Numbered from the stretch's first letter, positions 1 to 10,140 are shown. The stretch is 64,000 nucleotides of DNA from Syntrophobacterales bacterium (GCA_037388025.1 JARRKO010000034.1:32336-96335), one strand, 5' to 3'. A program made the numbers and translations. Notes: a model not told the origin generated them from the letters alone.

Positions 1-108
1 CAATAATGATAGTTAACTACTTCTATATGGGTTCCTTTTGTCAAGCCCTATCTGTCATTTATACGTGCAAAAAGATGTTCGCAAGGATTACGGCCAGTTA
101 AACGTCAT

Positions 109-230
109 TGGTGCCGAAGGCGGGATTTGCCTGAAATCCGCACAGGCTCGGGCTTTTCTGGCTCTGCAGTGCCCAACCCTTTACCTATGAGCCATCCGGG
201 GCCATTCAGGACCCTTTCATTTCCCCGGTG
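109..230 (-). repeat. Repeat family T, copy 1: element of about 120 bp starting with a tRNA 3'-end-like 21-mer; not a complete tRNA
   Basis: Bases 109-129 read TGGTGCCGAAGGCGGGATTTG. This is the complement of CAAATCCCGCCTTCGGCACCA (T-stem 3' strand, acceptor 3' strand CTTCGGC, discriminator A and CCA). That acceptor strand would pair with GCCGAAG, the usual 5' start of tRNA-Leu. No 5' acceptor strand, D arm or anticodon arm follows. Bases 155-230 align with 28981-29054, and copy 1 carries an extra 25 nt (130-154). Confidence 0.6.
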
Positions 231-350
231 TGTTCGATAAGCCCTTCTTTTATGTTCTCTCGGATTTAGCAACTGGGAGCTTGAAATCTTCCTAACTGCC
301 CTTATTTTTTAATTAAAAGGGCAGGGTAATCCATTTCCCTGGAGGCGACC

Positions 351-635
351 ATGAAAGAATACGAAGAGATCGTACGGCGCAAAGGACTCCCCAATGTCGG
401 GCAACTGGTTCGTAGCAAAAAGTATAACACTATTTGGCGGGTCTTAGAGAAGCGGGAAACATGGATTCCCGAAGGAGAAGATCCGGTAACCAAAGAACCC
501 AAGTGGACATATGCAATTTATCTTAACTACTGGCTAGTCCAGAAGGGGGTGCAGCCGGGAATGGGAAAAACTATGGGATTTCTTTATACTCTGGATGATG
601 AAACCTTTAAGGAGAACTGGACCATCGTTTCTTAG
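351..635 (+). CDS. Small conserved hypothetical protein (94 aa), paralogue of 61119-61403
   Basis: ATG preceded by a GGAGG Shine-Dalgarno (ctggaggcgaccATG). About half of the residues are identical to the 94-aa ORF at 61119-61403 (MxEYExIxRxKGLPxVGQxVRSKKYxTxWRV...). No domain recognised. Confidence 0.7.
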   Translation: MKEYEEIVRRKGLPNVGQLVRSKKYNTIWRVLEKRETWIPEGEDPVTKEPKWTYAIYLNYWLVQKGVQPGMGKTMGFLYTLDDETFKENWTIVS

Positions 636-814
636 GAATTTCTTGCTATGATGTCGCCAGATCAATCAGGGGTTGGAAGCGCGCCCCGGCCATAGGCCTT
701 TTTTAGGAAAAATTGTTTTATTTTAAACAGATATTCAAAGAGCGAATCCCCAAAAGCCTGGGAAGGCCCCAGATAGCTTTCCCAGGCTCAATGTTCCTGT
801 TTCTTACGTAAATT

Positions 815-1066
815 TTACAAGCGGGGGTCAATGCCGCCGGGACCGCCGCATTCCGGGGTGTAGCAGGTGATGTTGCGAAACTCACATCTTTTGTGGCAGC
901 TGGGACAGATTTCTGGAAAATTGGCCGCAGTAACGGTATATCCACATTCGCTGCACTTCCAATAAGTCATGTTACAGTGAGGGCAAATATCTCCAACGAA
1001 CTTGCCTTCCGCCGTAAACCCGCATAGAGCACATTCCATTTTCATTTCCTTTTCTGATGTTGTCAT
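815..1066 (-). CDS. Cys-rich zinc-ribbon / rubredoxin-like metal-binding protein (83 aa)
   Basis: Five cysteine pairs in 83 aa (CALC, CPHC, CSEC, CPSC, CYTPEC). A hairpin at 759-786 followed by a T-run lies downstream on the minus strand. Confidence 0.65.
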   Translation of the reverse strand: MTTSEKEMKMECALCGFTAEGKFVGDICPHCNMTYWKCSECGYTVTAANFPEICPSCHKRCEFRNITCYTPECGGPGGIDPRL

Positions 1067-1349
1067 ACCTTTTACCTCGCTTCCTTCGTTGATTTCTCGT
1101 CAGAGCCGAGATGGGCTATCTTTCAATACAATTTAAAAATAAGAGTCAGGAAACCTCGGGGCAAGAGGTCTTGGGGAAGACGTCGAAACAGCAGTCCTGC
1201 CAACCGCTGAAGAGCTTTCTTCGAAGTTAATGGCTGTGTCCATCCTCATGACAATGGAGACAGAGATTTTCCCGGTTGGAACCATCTGCGGGATTATTCC
1301 GGGGAATGGACCGTTAATGGGAATGCTCGTTCCTTAGTTAGATGAAGAG

Positions 1350-2357
1350 TCAAAGCGTGATTCTTTCTACTATGGCGGTCAGCCGGGGAAAGGCATCGGG
1401 CCGGACGGCCAGGCGCCGGCGGAGGCCGGCCATCGCCGGGGGGATGTAGCGGCTGAACTGCGGTTTGCCTTTCACCCGGGTCAGAAAGCCAAACGCCCCC
1501 AGTATCTGCAGGTTGCGGCATAAAGCCAGGCGCTCATACTGCTCCCGAAATTCCTCCGAGTCAAAGGCTAGATGCTGCCCGAGTAACTCCTGGTATAAGC
1601 TTACCAGTTCCCCCTGCCGGTCCGGTGGCAGATCCACGTAAGGGTCGATGAGCAGGGCCGCCAGGTCATAGCCCAGGGGTCCCAGACGCCCTCCCTGAAA
1701 ATCCAGGACCCGGAGCCTCTCTCCCTGCACAAAAAGGTTCCTGGACTGGAAGTCCCGGTGCAGGAAATAGGGGGAGGCTTCGGCCCGAATCCCCGCCAAC
1801 AGGCGCTCGAAATCCGGGGCCAGGTCAGCTTCTTCCACCTCAAGCCCCAGGTATCCCTGCAAAAAGGCCTGGAGAAAATACCAGCACTCCCGCTCCAGCA
1901 GAAACGGCCGGGTCACCGTCGGGGTGTCAAAGCACCAGGCCGGGTTGAAACCCTCCTTCCCTGCGAATTGCTGACCTACAAGGATTTCCAAGGCCTGGCG
2001 GTACCAGGCCAGAATTTCCGTATCCCTGGGGGCCGCCTCCACCACGGCGGACAGGCTCAGGTCTCCCACATCCTCCAGCAGCATCCAGTCCTCCGGCCGG
2101 TTATAGACGTAAATCTCCGGCACCGGCACCCCCCGGGATTTGAGGTGCCGGCCGATGAGGAAGTAGGAGTCGTTTTCCGTGACTTCCCGGCCTGGAGGCT
2201 GGGGGTGATACAGGAGCACCAGGCTGGGTTCCCCGGGCAGTCGGAAAAAGCGGCGGTCCGAACCGTCCCCGGCCAAAGGCCTGGCGTCCGCTAAATTAAC
2301 GCTTCGGGCTTTGGTCTCGTGAGCCAGAAGACTGCTGTGGGGAAGAATGGGCTTCAT
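1350..2357 (-). CDS. Aminoglycoside-phosphotransferase/choline-kinase-like phosphotransferase (APH family)
   Basis: Catalytic loop FLHRDFQSRNLF, a following VLDFQG motif and N-terminal GDGSDRRFFRL are typical of APH-fold kinases. The ORF runs to 2468 but that overlaps the upstream gene by more than 170 nt, so I chose the ATG at 2357. The start is uncertain. Confidence 0.7.
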   Translation of the reverse strand: MKPILPHSSLLAHETKARSVNLADARPLAGDGSDRRFFRLPGEPSLVLLYHPQPPGREVTENDSYFLIGRHLKSRGVPVPEIYVYNRPEDWMLLEDVGDLSLSAVVEAAPRDTEILAWYRQALEILVGQQFAGKEGFNPAWCFDTPTVTRPFLLERECWYFLQAFLQGYLGLEVEEADLAPDFERLLAGIRAEASPYFLHRDFQSRNLFVQGERLRVLDFQGGRLGPLGYDLAALLIDPYVDLPPDRQGELVSLYQELLGQHLAFDSEEFREQYERLALCRNLQILGAFGFLTRVKGKPQFSRYIPPAMAGLRRRLAVRPDAFPRLTAIVERITL

Positions 2358-4950
2358 CGGGGCTCTCGGGTGCCAGGGGCCTGGGGCTCGGGGGCTCCGG
2401 CCAACTTTTGATATACAAATCCCGCTGCGGGAAGGGAATCTCAATATCATGTTCCTGAAAAGCCTCAAAAATGGCGCTGTTCAGTTCATGGGTGGCCGGA
2501 ATGCGGTCACCGGGGATCTTGACATAGGCCCAAATATTGAAGTTTAAGGAACTATCGCCATAGGCCTCAAAATAGATCAGGGGAGGCGGGTCGTCCAGCA
2601 CCAGGGGGTTGGCCCGGCAGACCTCATCCAGAATTTTTGTAACCTGGTGTACATCAGAGCCGTAGGATACCCCTATCTTCAGGGTGAGCCGGTTAATTCC
2701 CGGGCCGTAATAGGTCCAGTTGAGGACCTTGGTGGAGATCAGTTCCGAGTTGGGGATGATCAGGACGTAGCGGTCGTAAGTTTGAAAAATAGTGCTGCGC
2801 ACCCGGATTTCCTTAACCGCGCCCCACTGGCCGTCAATAATGAGCATGTCGCCCACCTTGATGGGACGTTCGAACAACAGGATCAGGCCGCTAATGAAGT
2901 TGTTGACGATGTTTTGCAAGCCAAAACCGATGCCCACGCCCAGACCGGCGGCCACGATGGCCAGATCACTGAAGGAAACGCCCAGGACACCCAGGGCTAT
3001 CAGGATGGCAACTGCCTGAATGGTGTAGTGAAAGGAGTTCGATATGGAGTAGCGGATACTCTCATCCCAGTCGGTCCGGGGATAAAATCTAACTTCCAGT
3101 AAGATTCGCAGGAACCGAGAAAACCAGCGGCCCAGGTAAAGAATAAGGACCACCAGCCCCAGGTTGAGGAGATTGAGGGAAAAAGGCCCCACCTCGGGGC
3201 CCCATGATAACCCCTGGTACAACCACTGTAGAAAAACAAGGTCTGCTCCCCAGAGATTAAGTATAAGGAGAAATGCTCCAGCCACGATGATGGCGGCAAT
3301 AACCTTCACGATGGCCAGGGAATATTTAATGAGAAGTTCTTCCTGCTGCCAAAGTTCTCCCGGCACCCGGTCTTTTTCCCGGTGAAGGGCATAGTCCAGG
3401 AGAGTCCTGGAACCCTGCCAGGTTATCCAGAACAGGATTAGAAGCAACCCGGTGAGACCGGCGCCCTTGGCTATATAGGCCGATAGATTCTGAAACCCCA
3501 GGAGACCGGTAAGCAGAATCGCCCCCAAAATCAGCAACAGTAAAATCCGAACGATGAGGAAGAAATATCGTACCTTGGTCCAGGCCGGTTCGCTAAGCTC
3601 GGTGCGCAGATTCTCCAGGTACTTTGGACGTAAGATCCACAATATCCAGACCAGGAACCCAAACTGCAGCAGGGCCTCCAGGTTCACATATCTGGTTGAT
3701 TCCAAATCCAGGAATTCGAAAACTTTCAGACCAAAGACTTCCAGGACCAAGATGTAGGCCAGTAAAAACTTAAGGTGGCGGCGATAGAATCGAGCCGTGG
3801 TTTGGTCCAAAGGAAGAATACCGCCGTCTTCTTTCCCGGCGAACACCGCCTGAATCAGCCCGAAGCCCAGGCGCAGCCCCACCCAGATGGCTAGGCCCAG
3901 GAAGATGATTACGGCTGCCTCCCTCGACCACAACCCCATAAGCCAGAAAAAAAGAGCCAGCCAGGCCAGGAAACCGAGGCTAAAAAGGCGGCTGACGATA
4001 ACCTCCCCAGCTTTGAAAACGACTTTCACGCTCAAGACTTCGGCCTCAGTTTCCCATTGATGCAACTTCGGCAGAATCGTTCTACGCAACCGGGGGACCA
4101 GCCAAACCAGAACCAGAAGTATGGTGAGGAGGCCCAATAATTGGGGCCACCTGGCACGGAGGGAGTTGGCCACCCTCTGGGGAAGCTGGGGATTGCTGAG
4201 ATAGTCGGCCAACCGTTTCGGCAGTTCCCACAGAGACTGCCAGGTTTGCTCCACGGACTCCACCAGGGACACCGGGCCTTGTCGTCTCAGCAGCGTTTCT
4301 TTCCAATCCACCTCCAGGTAATTGTTTAGTTCTTGTATGGATTCCTTGAGAGCTTGTTTTTGCTCCTGCAACTTTATGATGACTTGGTCCCAAAGTTCGA
4401 GGTTACGGGTGACGCTGGTTTGATACTGCTCCATCAAATGCTGGTAACGGTCATAAGCTTCCCGAACCTCCTGGGAGTTCCAGGCCGGATATTGGGTGGC
4501 TTTAAAACGTTGCACCTCTTGCTTGAAGCTGTTAAAGGCATTGATGCGGGCGGCTAACCGTTTCGCCACCCTTTCCCGCTGTTGCCGAACCTCCTTCAGC
4601 CGAGCCGCCACCTGCTCTTGCAGATCTGAAAAGCTATCCAAAATTTCCTGAGCTCGGTTGAGTTCCAACTCTCCCGCGGCCTGGGACGCCTTTAAAGTGG
4701 CAATCCGGGCGTGGAGATTTTGCAAACTCGCTTCTGCCTGCTCAATCTCTCGTTGCACTTGATTGGCGTTAGCCCGTGCCTTAGCAATGCCCTTTTCCAG
4801 ATGGACAGCACCTGTCGTCAATACCTCCAGCATGGCTTTGGAGGACAGGCTGTTTGTTTCCTGGGCCCCCACTGGACCGGCAAGAACGAGACACCAGGCC
4901 ACCAGAACCAAAGGCAGAATTGAACCAAAGAGTCGTTTGCTCAAATCCAT
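2296..4950 (-). CDS. Mechanosensitive ion channel, MscK/MscM-like (884 aa)
   Basis: Signal peptide, long coiled-coil N-terminal domain, multiple TM helices and a C-terminal MscS core (GFGLQNIVNNFISGLILLFERPIKVGD...IIPNSELISTKVLNW). Confidence 0.9.
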   Translation of the reverse strand: MDLSKRLFGSILPLVLVAWCLVLAGPVGAQETNSLSSKAMLEVLTTGAVHLEKGIAKARANANQVQREIEQAEASLQNLHARIATLKASQAAGELELNRAQEILDSFSDLQEQVAARLKEVRQQRERVAKRLAARINAFNSFKQEVQRFKATQYPAWNSQEVREAYDRYQHLMEQYQTSVTRNLELWDQVIIKLQEQKQALKESIQELNNYLEVDWKETLLRRQGPVSLVESVEQTWQSLWELPKRLADYLSNPQLPQRVANSLRARWPQLLGLLTILLVLVWLVPRLRRTILPKLHQWETEAEVLSVKVVFKAGEVIVSRLFSLGFLAWLALFFWLMGLWSREAAVIIFLGLAIWVGLRLGFGLIQAVFAGKEDGGILPLDQTTARFYRRHLKFLLAYILVLEVFGLKVFEFLDLESTRYVNLEALLQFGFLVWILWILRPKYLENLRTELSEPAWTKVRYFFLIVRILLLLILGAILLTGLLGFQNLSAYIAKGAGLTGLLLILFWITWQGSRTLLDYALHREKDRVPGELWQQEELLIKYSLAIVKVIAAIIVAGAFLLILNLWGADLVFLQWLYQGLSWGPEVGPFSLNLLNLGLVVLILYLGRWFSRFLRILLEVRFYPRTDWDESIRYSISNSFHYTIQAVAILIALGVLGVSFSDLAIVAAGLGVGIGFGLQNIVNNFISGLILLFERPIKVGDMLIIDGQWGAVKEIRVRSTIFQTYDRYVLIIPNSELISTKVLNWTYYGPGINRLTLKIGVSYGSDVHQVTKILDEVCRANPLVLDDPPPLIYFEAYGDSSLNFNIWAYVKIPGDRIPATHELNSAIFEAFQEHDIEIPFPQRDLYIKSWPEPPSPRPLAPESPDEAHSSPQQSSGSRDQSPKR

Positions 4951-5537
4951 AGGAGTCTGAATCCTTTGCTTATCGTCTATCGAGCCCGCCCCAGCCCCTC
5001 AGAAAAATTGCCTTCTTCCACCCTCCCCACAGGGAGAAGAAGGCCAGGGTGAGGGAAAACCTTCTGTAAAGCTTTGAGAACGCAGGCCTCAACCTTGTGC
5101 TCAGGGCAAAATCAAAAATGCACTACGATTAAACCTTACTCATCCCTTATGGAACTGTCAAATGAGGTCCGATTCATTTTTTACGTCAGGGTGCCTCTGT
5201 CGGGCGTTGCCACCTCCCGGTTTTTTTGATAGATTTTGACGGGGTTGCCCCAGGTCCTTATCGACTGGGGACGGGGGGCCTCCCGGGGGACCGGGTCCTT
5301 GGCTGGCTTGTCTGCTTTTCTATCCGGGCCCATCTCCGGGGCCGACGTCACTAGTCACTACCTAAAAATGCTGTGGTTGGGAGGTCCGGCCCCAAAAATT
5401 GGCCACCCCCACATGAGTGTCCGGGTGACCGCCGGAATGGCCCACCTTGTTCAAGGCGTTCTGAAAACCGGCGGTGGTTAGTCCTCACTTATAAATCAAG
5501 CTTCTAAAAATAAGGTTGCAAGAAAATCGGGTGCACC

Positions 5538-6893
5538 ATGGAGGAATTCGTCCAGACCGTCAAGGACCTCCTTGAGAACCACCAGTGGCAGGAATTGAAG
5601 GCCCTTTTGGCTCCCAAGAATCCCAATGATTTGGCCCACATTTTTGCCGAATTTGACCCTTCGGATCGAGCCTTGCTTTTCCGTCTTTTGGAAAAGCAAG
5701 AGGCCGTCGAGGTTTTCGAGAGCCTGCCCCTGGAAGAGCAGCAGGAATTGTTGGGCAGCTTCAAGCAAGAACAATTGCGGGAGATCGTGGAGCACATGTC
5801 GCCGGATGACCGGGCCTATCTGTTGGAAGAGTTGCCCGCTAAAGTCGCCAAACGGTTGTTGGGGCTATTAACTCCGGAAGAACGGGCGGCCACCGCTTTG
5901 CTGCTGGGCTACGGGGAAAATACCGCCGGCCGCAGCATGACCCCGGAGTACATCGACCTGAAAAGCTTCGTCACCGTGGGCCAGGCCCTGGAGAAAATTC
6001 GCCGGGTGGGGGTGGACAAGGAGACCATTTATTATTCCTATGTCACGGACGAACAACGCCGTCTCCTCGGCATCGTCTCCATTCGGCAATTGGTCTTGGC
6101 CGACCCTCAGACCCCGATAACCGACATTATGGAGCAGGATATTATTTTCGCCCACACGGACGACGACCAGGAAGAGGTAGCCCTCAAAATGCAAAAATAC
6201 GACCTCCTGGCCATTCCGGTGGTGGACCGGGAAGACCGCCTAGTGGGCATTGTCACCCATGATGATGTCATGGATATCATTCAGGAAGAAGTGACGGAAG
6301 ATATCTATCGTCTGGGCGCCATGGAGGTTCCAGAACAAAGTTACTTTAAATCGAGACTGCTTACCGTGGTGAGCAGTCGTTTGCTCTGGGTACTCCCTAT
6401 GATCCTCATAGAAAACTTCAATGGCTACATCATTAATCAAAAAGCCGAGATCTTGAAAATTTTGGTGTCACTGGCAGCCTTTGTCCCCCTCATTACCAGC
6501 ACCGGGGGCAATATGGGCAGCCAAACCTCCACTGTCTTTGTACGCGGTTTGGCCCTGAAAGAAGTTTCTGCCCGCAACGCCTTATCCCTCCTTATTCGTG
6601 AGGTAGGCATCGGCCTTTTAATGGGTTTACTCCTGGCGATCTTTGCCACGGCCATGGTGCAGTGGATTGCCGGCAACACCTGGGTCACTCTCATTGTGGG
6701 CCTCAGTCTCATTCTCAATGCAACTATGACCACCTTGCTGGGAGCTTCTTTGCCCTTGGTGTTTTCACGACTGGGTTTTGACCCCGCCATCGCTTCAGGA
6801 CCTTTAATTAGTACAATGATTGACGTCTTGGGTATTGTAATTTATTTTCAACTGGCGGGGTTCGTACTGTCTTGGACTTTGGTTCCGTCTTAG
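5538..6893 (+). CDS. mgtE: Magnesium transporter MgtE
   Basis: MgtE N-domain (DLAHIFAEFDPSDRALLFRLL), tandem CBS region and a C-terminal 5-TM MgtE domain (GGNMGSQTSTV..., DVLGIVIYF). Confidence 0.92.
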   Translation: MEEFVQTVKDLLENHQWQELKALLAPKNPNDLAHIFAEFDPSDRALLFRLLEKQEAVEVFESLPLEEQQELLGSFKQEQLREIVEHMSPDDRAYLLEELPAKVAKRLLGLLTPEERAATALLLGYGENTAGRSMTPEYIDLKSFVTVGQALEKIRRVGVDKETIYYSYVTDEQRRLLGIVSIRQLVLADPQTPITDIMEQDIIFAHTDDDQEEVALKMQKYDLLAIPVVDREDRLVGIVTHDDVMDIIQEEVTEDIYRLGAMEVPEQSYFKSRLLTVVSSRLLWVLPMILIENFNGYIINQKAEILKILVSLAAFVPLITSTGGNMGSQTSTVFVRGLALKEVSARNALSLLIREVGIGLLMGLLLAIFATAMVQWIAGNTWVTLIVGLSLILNATMTTLLGASLPLVFSRLGFDPAIASGPLISTMIDVLGIVIYFQLAGFVLSWTLVPS

Positions 6894-6905
6894 AGGAGGG
6901 GTTTT

Positions 6906-7779
6906 ATGAAGGTTTTTGTAACCGGCGGCACTGGCTTTGTAGGTACCTTTCTCTCCGAGGCCTTGGCCCTCGCAGGCCACGACATTACCATCCTCACCCG
7001 CAAGAAGGAGCATCCTACCCCCGCCCACAGCCGCCTCCGCTTTGTCACCGGCGATCCCAAACAAGAGGACGCCTGGATGGCGGAAGTGCCCAAGCACGAC
7101 TGGGTTATTAACCTGGCCGGCGCCTCCATCAACACCAGGTGGACGGATGAGGCTAAAAAGACCATGTACGACAGCCGGGTTCTTACCACCAAAAATTTGG
7201 TGGCCGCGCTGGCTGCCGGGGACCGGCGCCAGCTTTTTTGCAGCACCTCAGCCCCCGGTTATTACGGCCCTCGCGGGGAAGAGGAGCGCGAAACTTGCGG
7301 TGGACTGGGAAACGGAAGCCCTGAAGGCCCAGGACCTGGGCATCCGCACGGTGGTCACCCGCTTTGGCATCGTGCTGGGCCAGGGAGGCGGCCTTCTGGA
7401 AAAGCTCGTGCCCTTATTCAAGAATTTCCTGGGGGGATCGGTGGGAAGCGGTCAGCAGTGGCTTTCCTGGATTCACCAACAGGACCAGGTGCGGGCTTTT
7501 CTCTTCCTCCTGGAGCAGCCGGAACTCGCCGGCCCCGTAAACTTCACCGCCCCCAACCCGGCGCGCAACCGGGACTTCGCCAAGGCCCTGGGCCGGGCCC
7601 TGAACCGTCCGGCTATCCTGCCGGCGCCTGCGTTTATGCTGCACCTGGCCTTGGGGGAATTTGCCGACGTCATCCTCACCGGCCAGAAAGTCCTGCCTCA
7701 AAAACTCCTGGCTGCAGGCTTTCAATTCCAATTTTCCACCATCGACCAGGCTCTTCAGGACATTTTGGCAGAAGGCTGA
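6906..7779 (+). pseudogene. NAD-dependent epimerase/dehydratase, YfcH/TIGR01777-like, disrupted by a frameshift near 7285-7295
   Basis: The N-terminal half (MKVFVTGGTGFVG...STSAPGYYGPRGEEE) is in the frame of 6906. The C-terminal half (AKLAVDWETEA...GSGQQWLSWIH...FQFQFSTIDQAL, stop at 7779) is in the frame of ORF 7042-7779. The GYYG-to-WE spacer is about 11 aa shorter than in E. coli YfcH as I recall it. Confidence 0.8.
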
Positions 7780-8250
7780 CTGGATACTTCCGGTAACTGA
7801 GTAATAAAGCAGACTGACATAAGGGGAGTCCCCGAAAAGCGGGCCTCCCCATCCCTGCCCTCAAATACCCTCGCAAGTCTTGATGCCTTCAGTTGTCTCT
7901 GACTTTTTTGGAAATTCAGCTAACGACACCATATCGCCACTTTCTTCAACGTGCATATATTGGCAAGATATGACATCCTCTCGAGCCTAATCTTCACCCC
8001 TCGATGGCAATCAACAATATTATGGTTAATTTAAAGTAGACTGGAAACTTTTGCCCAGGTCGAAATAAGATTCCAATGAGAAAGAAAGAAGGTTAGAGCG
8101 CATGGATAGACTAACAATCTTCGAGCCCTACCAGGCTGGTCTAGATATTTACATCGTGCCTTCCTATTTCCCAATTTCTCAGATGAGATTCCTTGCCATC
8201 AATGCCTTCGTTAGCAAGGCTAAAGAGCCAGTCATGGGATTCCGAGGGAC

Positions 8251-8973
8251 ATGATGAACTTCCTACTGAGCAAAGGTAAGGCTTGGGACTCGCCGGACCG
8301 GGCTGGAAAGACGGTTCAGTCCATCGAAGTCATCGTCTTTCTCTTTTTAATCGTCCCGTCCATGGTGCTTTCGTTTTTTATAATGCGGCCGGGGGAGCTC
8401 AACTTTCCCCTCGAGGCCCTGGCTACCATAGTCCGAGACTTAGCGTTAACAAGCCTGATATTTTATTTCATCTGGCGGAATGGGGAAGGTCTCAAAAGCT
8501 TGGGATGGGATTTTACCAATGGTAAGCGGGAAATCGTTTGGGCTATCGTTCTCTTTGTCCCACTGTTTTTCACCGCAGGACTCCTGGAACAAGCACTACG
8601 TCAAGCAGGTTTTTCCTCCCCCACCACCCCCTTGCCGGCCTTCTTAAGCGTCAAGGGCCCCGGGAAAATAATCATCGCTTTCGTTCTGGTTTGTGTGGCT
8701 GCGGTGGCCGAAGAAACCATTTTCCGCGGCTACTTATTACTGCGCTTCCAGGAAGGCTTACAATTACGCCCCCTGGTTGCCGCGGTTTTATCTGCGGTGG
8801 TCTTTTCCCTGGGCCATGGTTACGAAGGCACCGCGGGGGTGGTCACCGTGGGCTTCATCGGCCTGGCGTTCGCCCTGATCTACCAATGGCGAGGAAGTCT
8901 GGTAGCTCCCATGATCATGCACTTTCTGCAGGACTTTGCCGAAATCTTTCTGCCGCTGCTGGGGATCAAATGA
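8251..8973 (+). CDS. CPBP-family intramembrane protease (CAAX protease / Abi family)
   Basis: Multi-TM protein carrying the EExxxR motif (AEETIFRGYLL) and the FxxxH motif (VFSLGHGY, MIMHFLQD). Confidence 0.85.
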   Translation: MMNFLLSKGKAWDSPDRAGKTVQSIEVIVFLFLIVPSMVLSFFIMRPGELNFPLEALATIVRDLALTSLIFYFIWRNGEGLKSLGWDFTNGKREIVWAIVLFVPLFFTAGLLEQALRQAGFSSPTTPLPAFLSVKGPGKIIIAFVLVCVAAVAEETIFRGYLLLRFQEGLQLRPLVAAVLSAVVFSLGHGYEGTAGVVTVGFIGLAFALIYQWRGSLVAPMIMHFLQDFAEIFLPLLGIK

Positions 8974-9008
8974 GAGATACTATAAGCTATGGCAAAACCT
9001 CTTTTTCT

Positions 9009-9079
9009 GTCATCCTGAACGAAGTGAAGAATCTAGAAGTAGTTGAAAAGACTAGATTCTTCGCTCCGCCCAGAATGAC
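9009..9079 (-). repeat. Long imperfect palindrome (26-nt arms plus CTAG extension) that folds better as a minus-strand RNA
   Basis: The arm GTCATCCTGAACGAAGTGAAGAATCT (9009-9034) pairs with AGATTCTTCGCTCCGCCCAGAATGAC (9054-9079). All four + strand mismatches are C-A or A-C and become G-U pairs on the minus strand. No U-tract follows on either strand. Confidence 0.6.
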
Positions 9080-9162
9080 AAAAATCTAAAATTTGGGGTT
9101 TTGCAATGGCTTCTAGAGAACTTCACGTGGCTGGCCGGTCAGGAGCCAACGGCAAGGAGATC

Positions 9163-10005
9163 TTACCCCGGGATACCAAGCTCACGCAGCTTGGTGCGAG
9201 CCTGTTCTGAAAAATTTACCGCTTTATCTCCTGGTCCATTGGCGGCGGCTTCCAGGATCGCCTGATATTCACGAATCGCGTCCGCTTTGTCCCCCCGCTT
9301 TTTATAGGCATTCCCCAGATACAAGCGATTCAGCATATAATCAGGGGCCAGGTGCGTGGCCTCCTTCCCTAAGGCAATGGACTTGTCGAGGTTGCCGAAG
9401 GGCGTCCATCCGGGAGCCAGGCAATAAAGCAAGCCCAAGACCCGGGAAGCACCGGCATGATCATAGGCCGGCATGTCCTGGCGCACCTTTTCCAGCTCGG
9501 CGATGCCGTTTTTCACGATGAAAAAGGCCCTTATTCCCCCTACCTTTTGGGCTTTCTTAAGAAGATACAGCCCATGCCAGTAATGGGCTTCGGTCCGGTT
9601 CGGATCCAGGGCCATAGCCTTTTGGGCATAGAATTCCGTTTTCTCGTAGTGGACAAATTCCTTGGCCACATCGCCGCTGGGATCGGCCAAACGATAATTA
9701 GCTTCGGCCAGGAAGAGGGGAAAACGAATCTCTTCGGGAAATTGCGCCTGGTAATTTTCCAGGACGGCAATAGTCTGGTGGAGCTTGGCCTGGTTGGGGG
9801 GATTCTGATCCATTACGGCCCGGGCCTCTTTCAGGACGGCTTCCATTTTGGATAAATTCGTTCCGGATACACTTGCCATGATGGACGGGACGGGAAACAC
9901 CAGCAATGAAATTATTAAGGAAATCGCTAGAGCCCACCCAGCTCTGCTCTGATTTTTTAGGTTTGGTGAAGTTTGTCGGATACCATTATTTTTTATAAAT
10001 TTCAT
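9163..10005 (-). CDS. Secreted tetratricopeptide-repeat (TPR) protein
   Basis: N-terminal hydrophobic signal segment, then TPR-like repeats (AHYWHGLYLLKKAQ..., LGNAYKKRGDKADAIREYQAILE). Confidence 0.75.
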   Translation of the reverse strand: MKFIKNNGIRQTSPNLKNQSRAGWALAISLIISLLVFPVPSIMASVSGTNLSKMEAVLKEARAVMDQNPPNQAKLHQTIAVLENYQAQFPEEIRFPLFLAEANYRLADPSGDVAKEFVHYEKTEFYAQKAMALDPNRTEAHYWHGLYLLKKAQKVGGIRAFFIVKNGIAELEKVRQDMPAYDHAGASRVLGLLYCLAPGWTPFGNLDKSIALGKEATHLAPDYMLNRLYLGNAYKKRGDKADAIREYQAILEAAANGPGDKAVNFSEQARTKLRELGIPG

Positions 10006-10140
10006 GCTTCCTGCCTAAAGGTGAAGTCATATTAAAAGGCACTCTACCATAAGAGTGCCTTTGGCTAAAAATTTTAATTTTTTAATTTTATAACATATGT
10101 CAACTCACCGCCAACATAAATTCAGAAATAGCTGAATTGA

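Noticed and set aside
109-200. A possible tRNA gene on the minus strand, suggested by the CCTTCGGCACCA end; the same applies at 28960.
   Set aside because: There is no complementary 5' acceptor strand (GCCGAAG), no canonical T-loop, and no D or anticodon arm within 120 nt. Only the last ~21 nt are tRNA-like.
5370-5500. A possible M-box (Mg2+) riboswitch in the long GC-rich leader upstream of mgtE. Segments GTTGGGAGGTCC and GCCCCAAAAATTGGCC recall GUUAGGUGAGGCUCC and GCCCAAAAAUGUCC.
   Set aside because: The two segments are directly adjacent, so the P2 hairpin is missing. I find no GCUAAAGCUCUAC-like 3' part and no convincing P1 pairing. A covariance-model search (Rfam RF00380) would be needed to confirm or exclude it. 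ORF 5236-5481 in the same region also has no support.
8102-8254. A 50-aa ORF (MDRLTIFEPYQAGLDIYIVPSYFPISQMRFLAINAFVSKAKEPVMGFRGT) that resembles the N-terminus of an MBL-fold hydrolase and stops just before the expected DTG/HxHxDH region.
   Set aside because: It is too short, and the similarity is only a pattern impression. It may be a gene remnant truncated by the CPBP protease gene, but I cannot support it as a feature.
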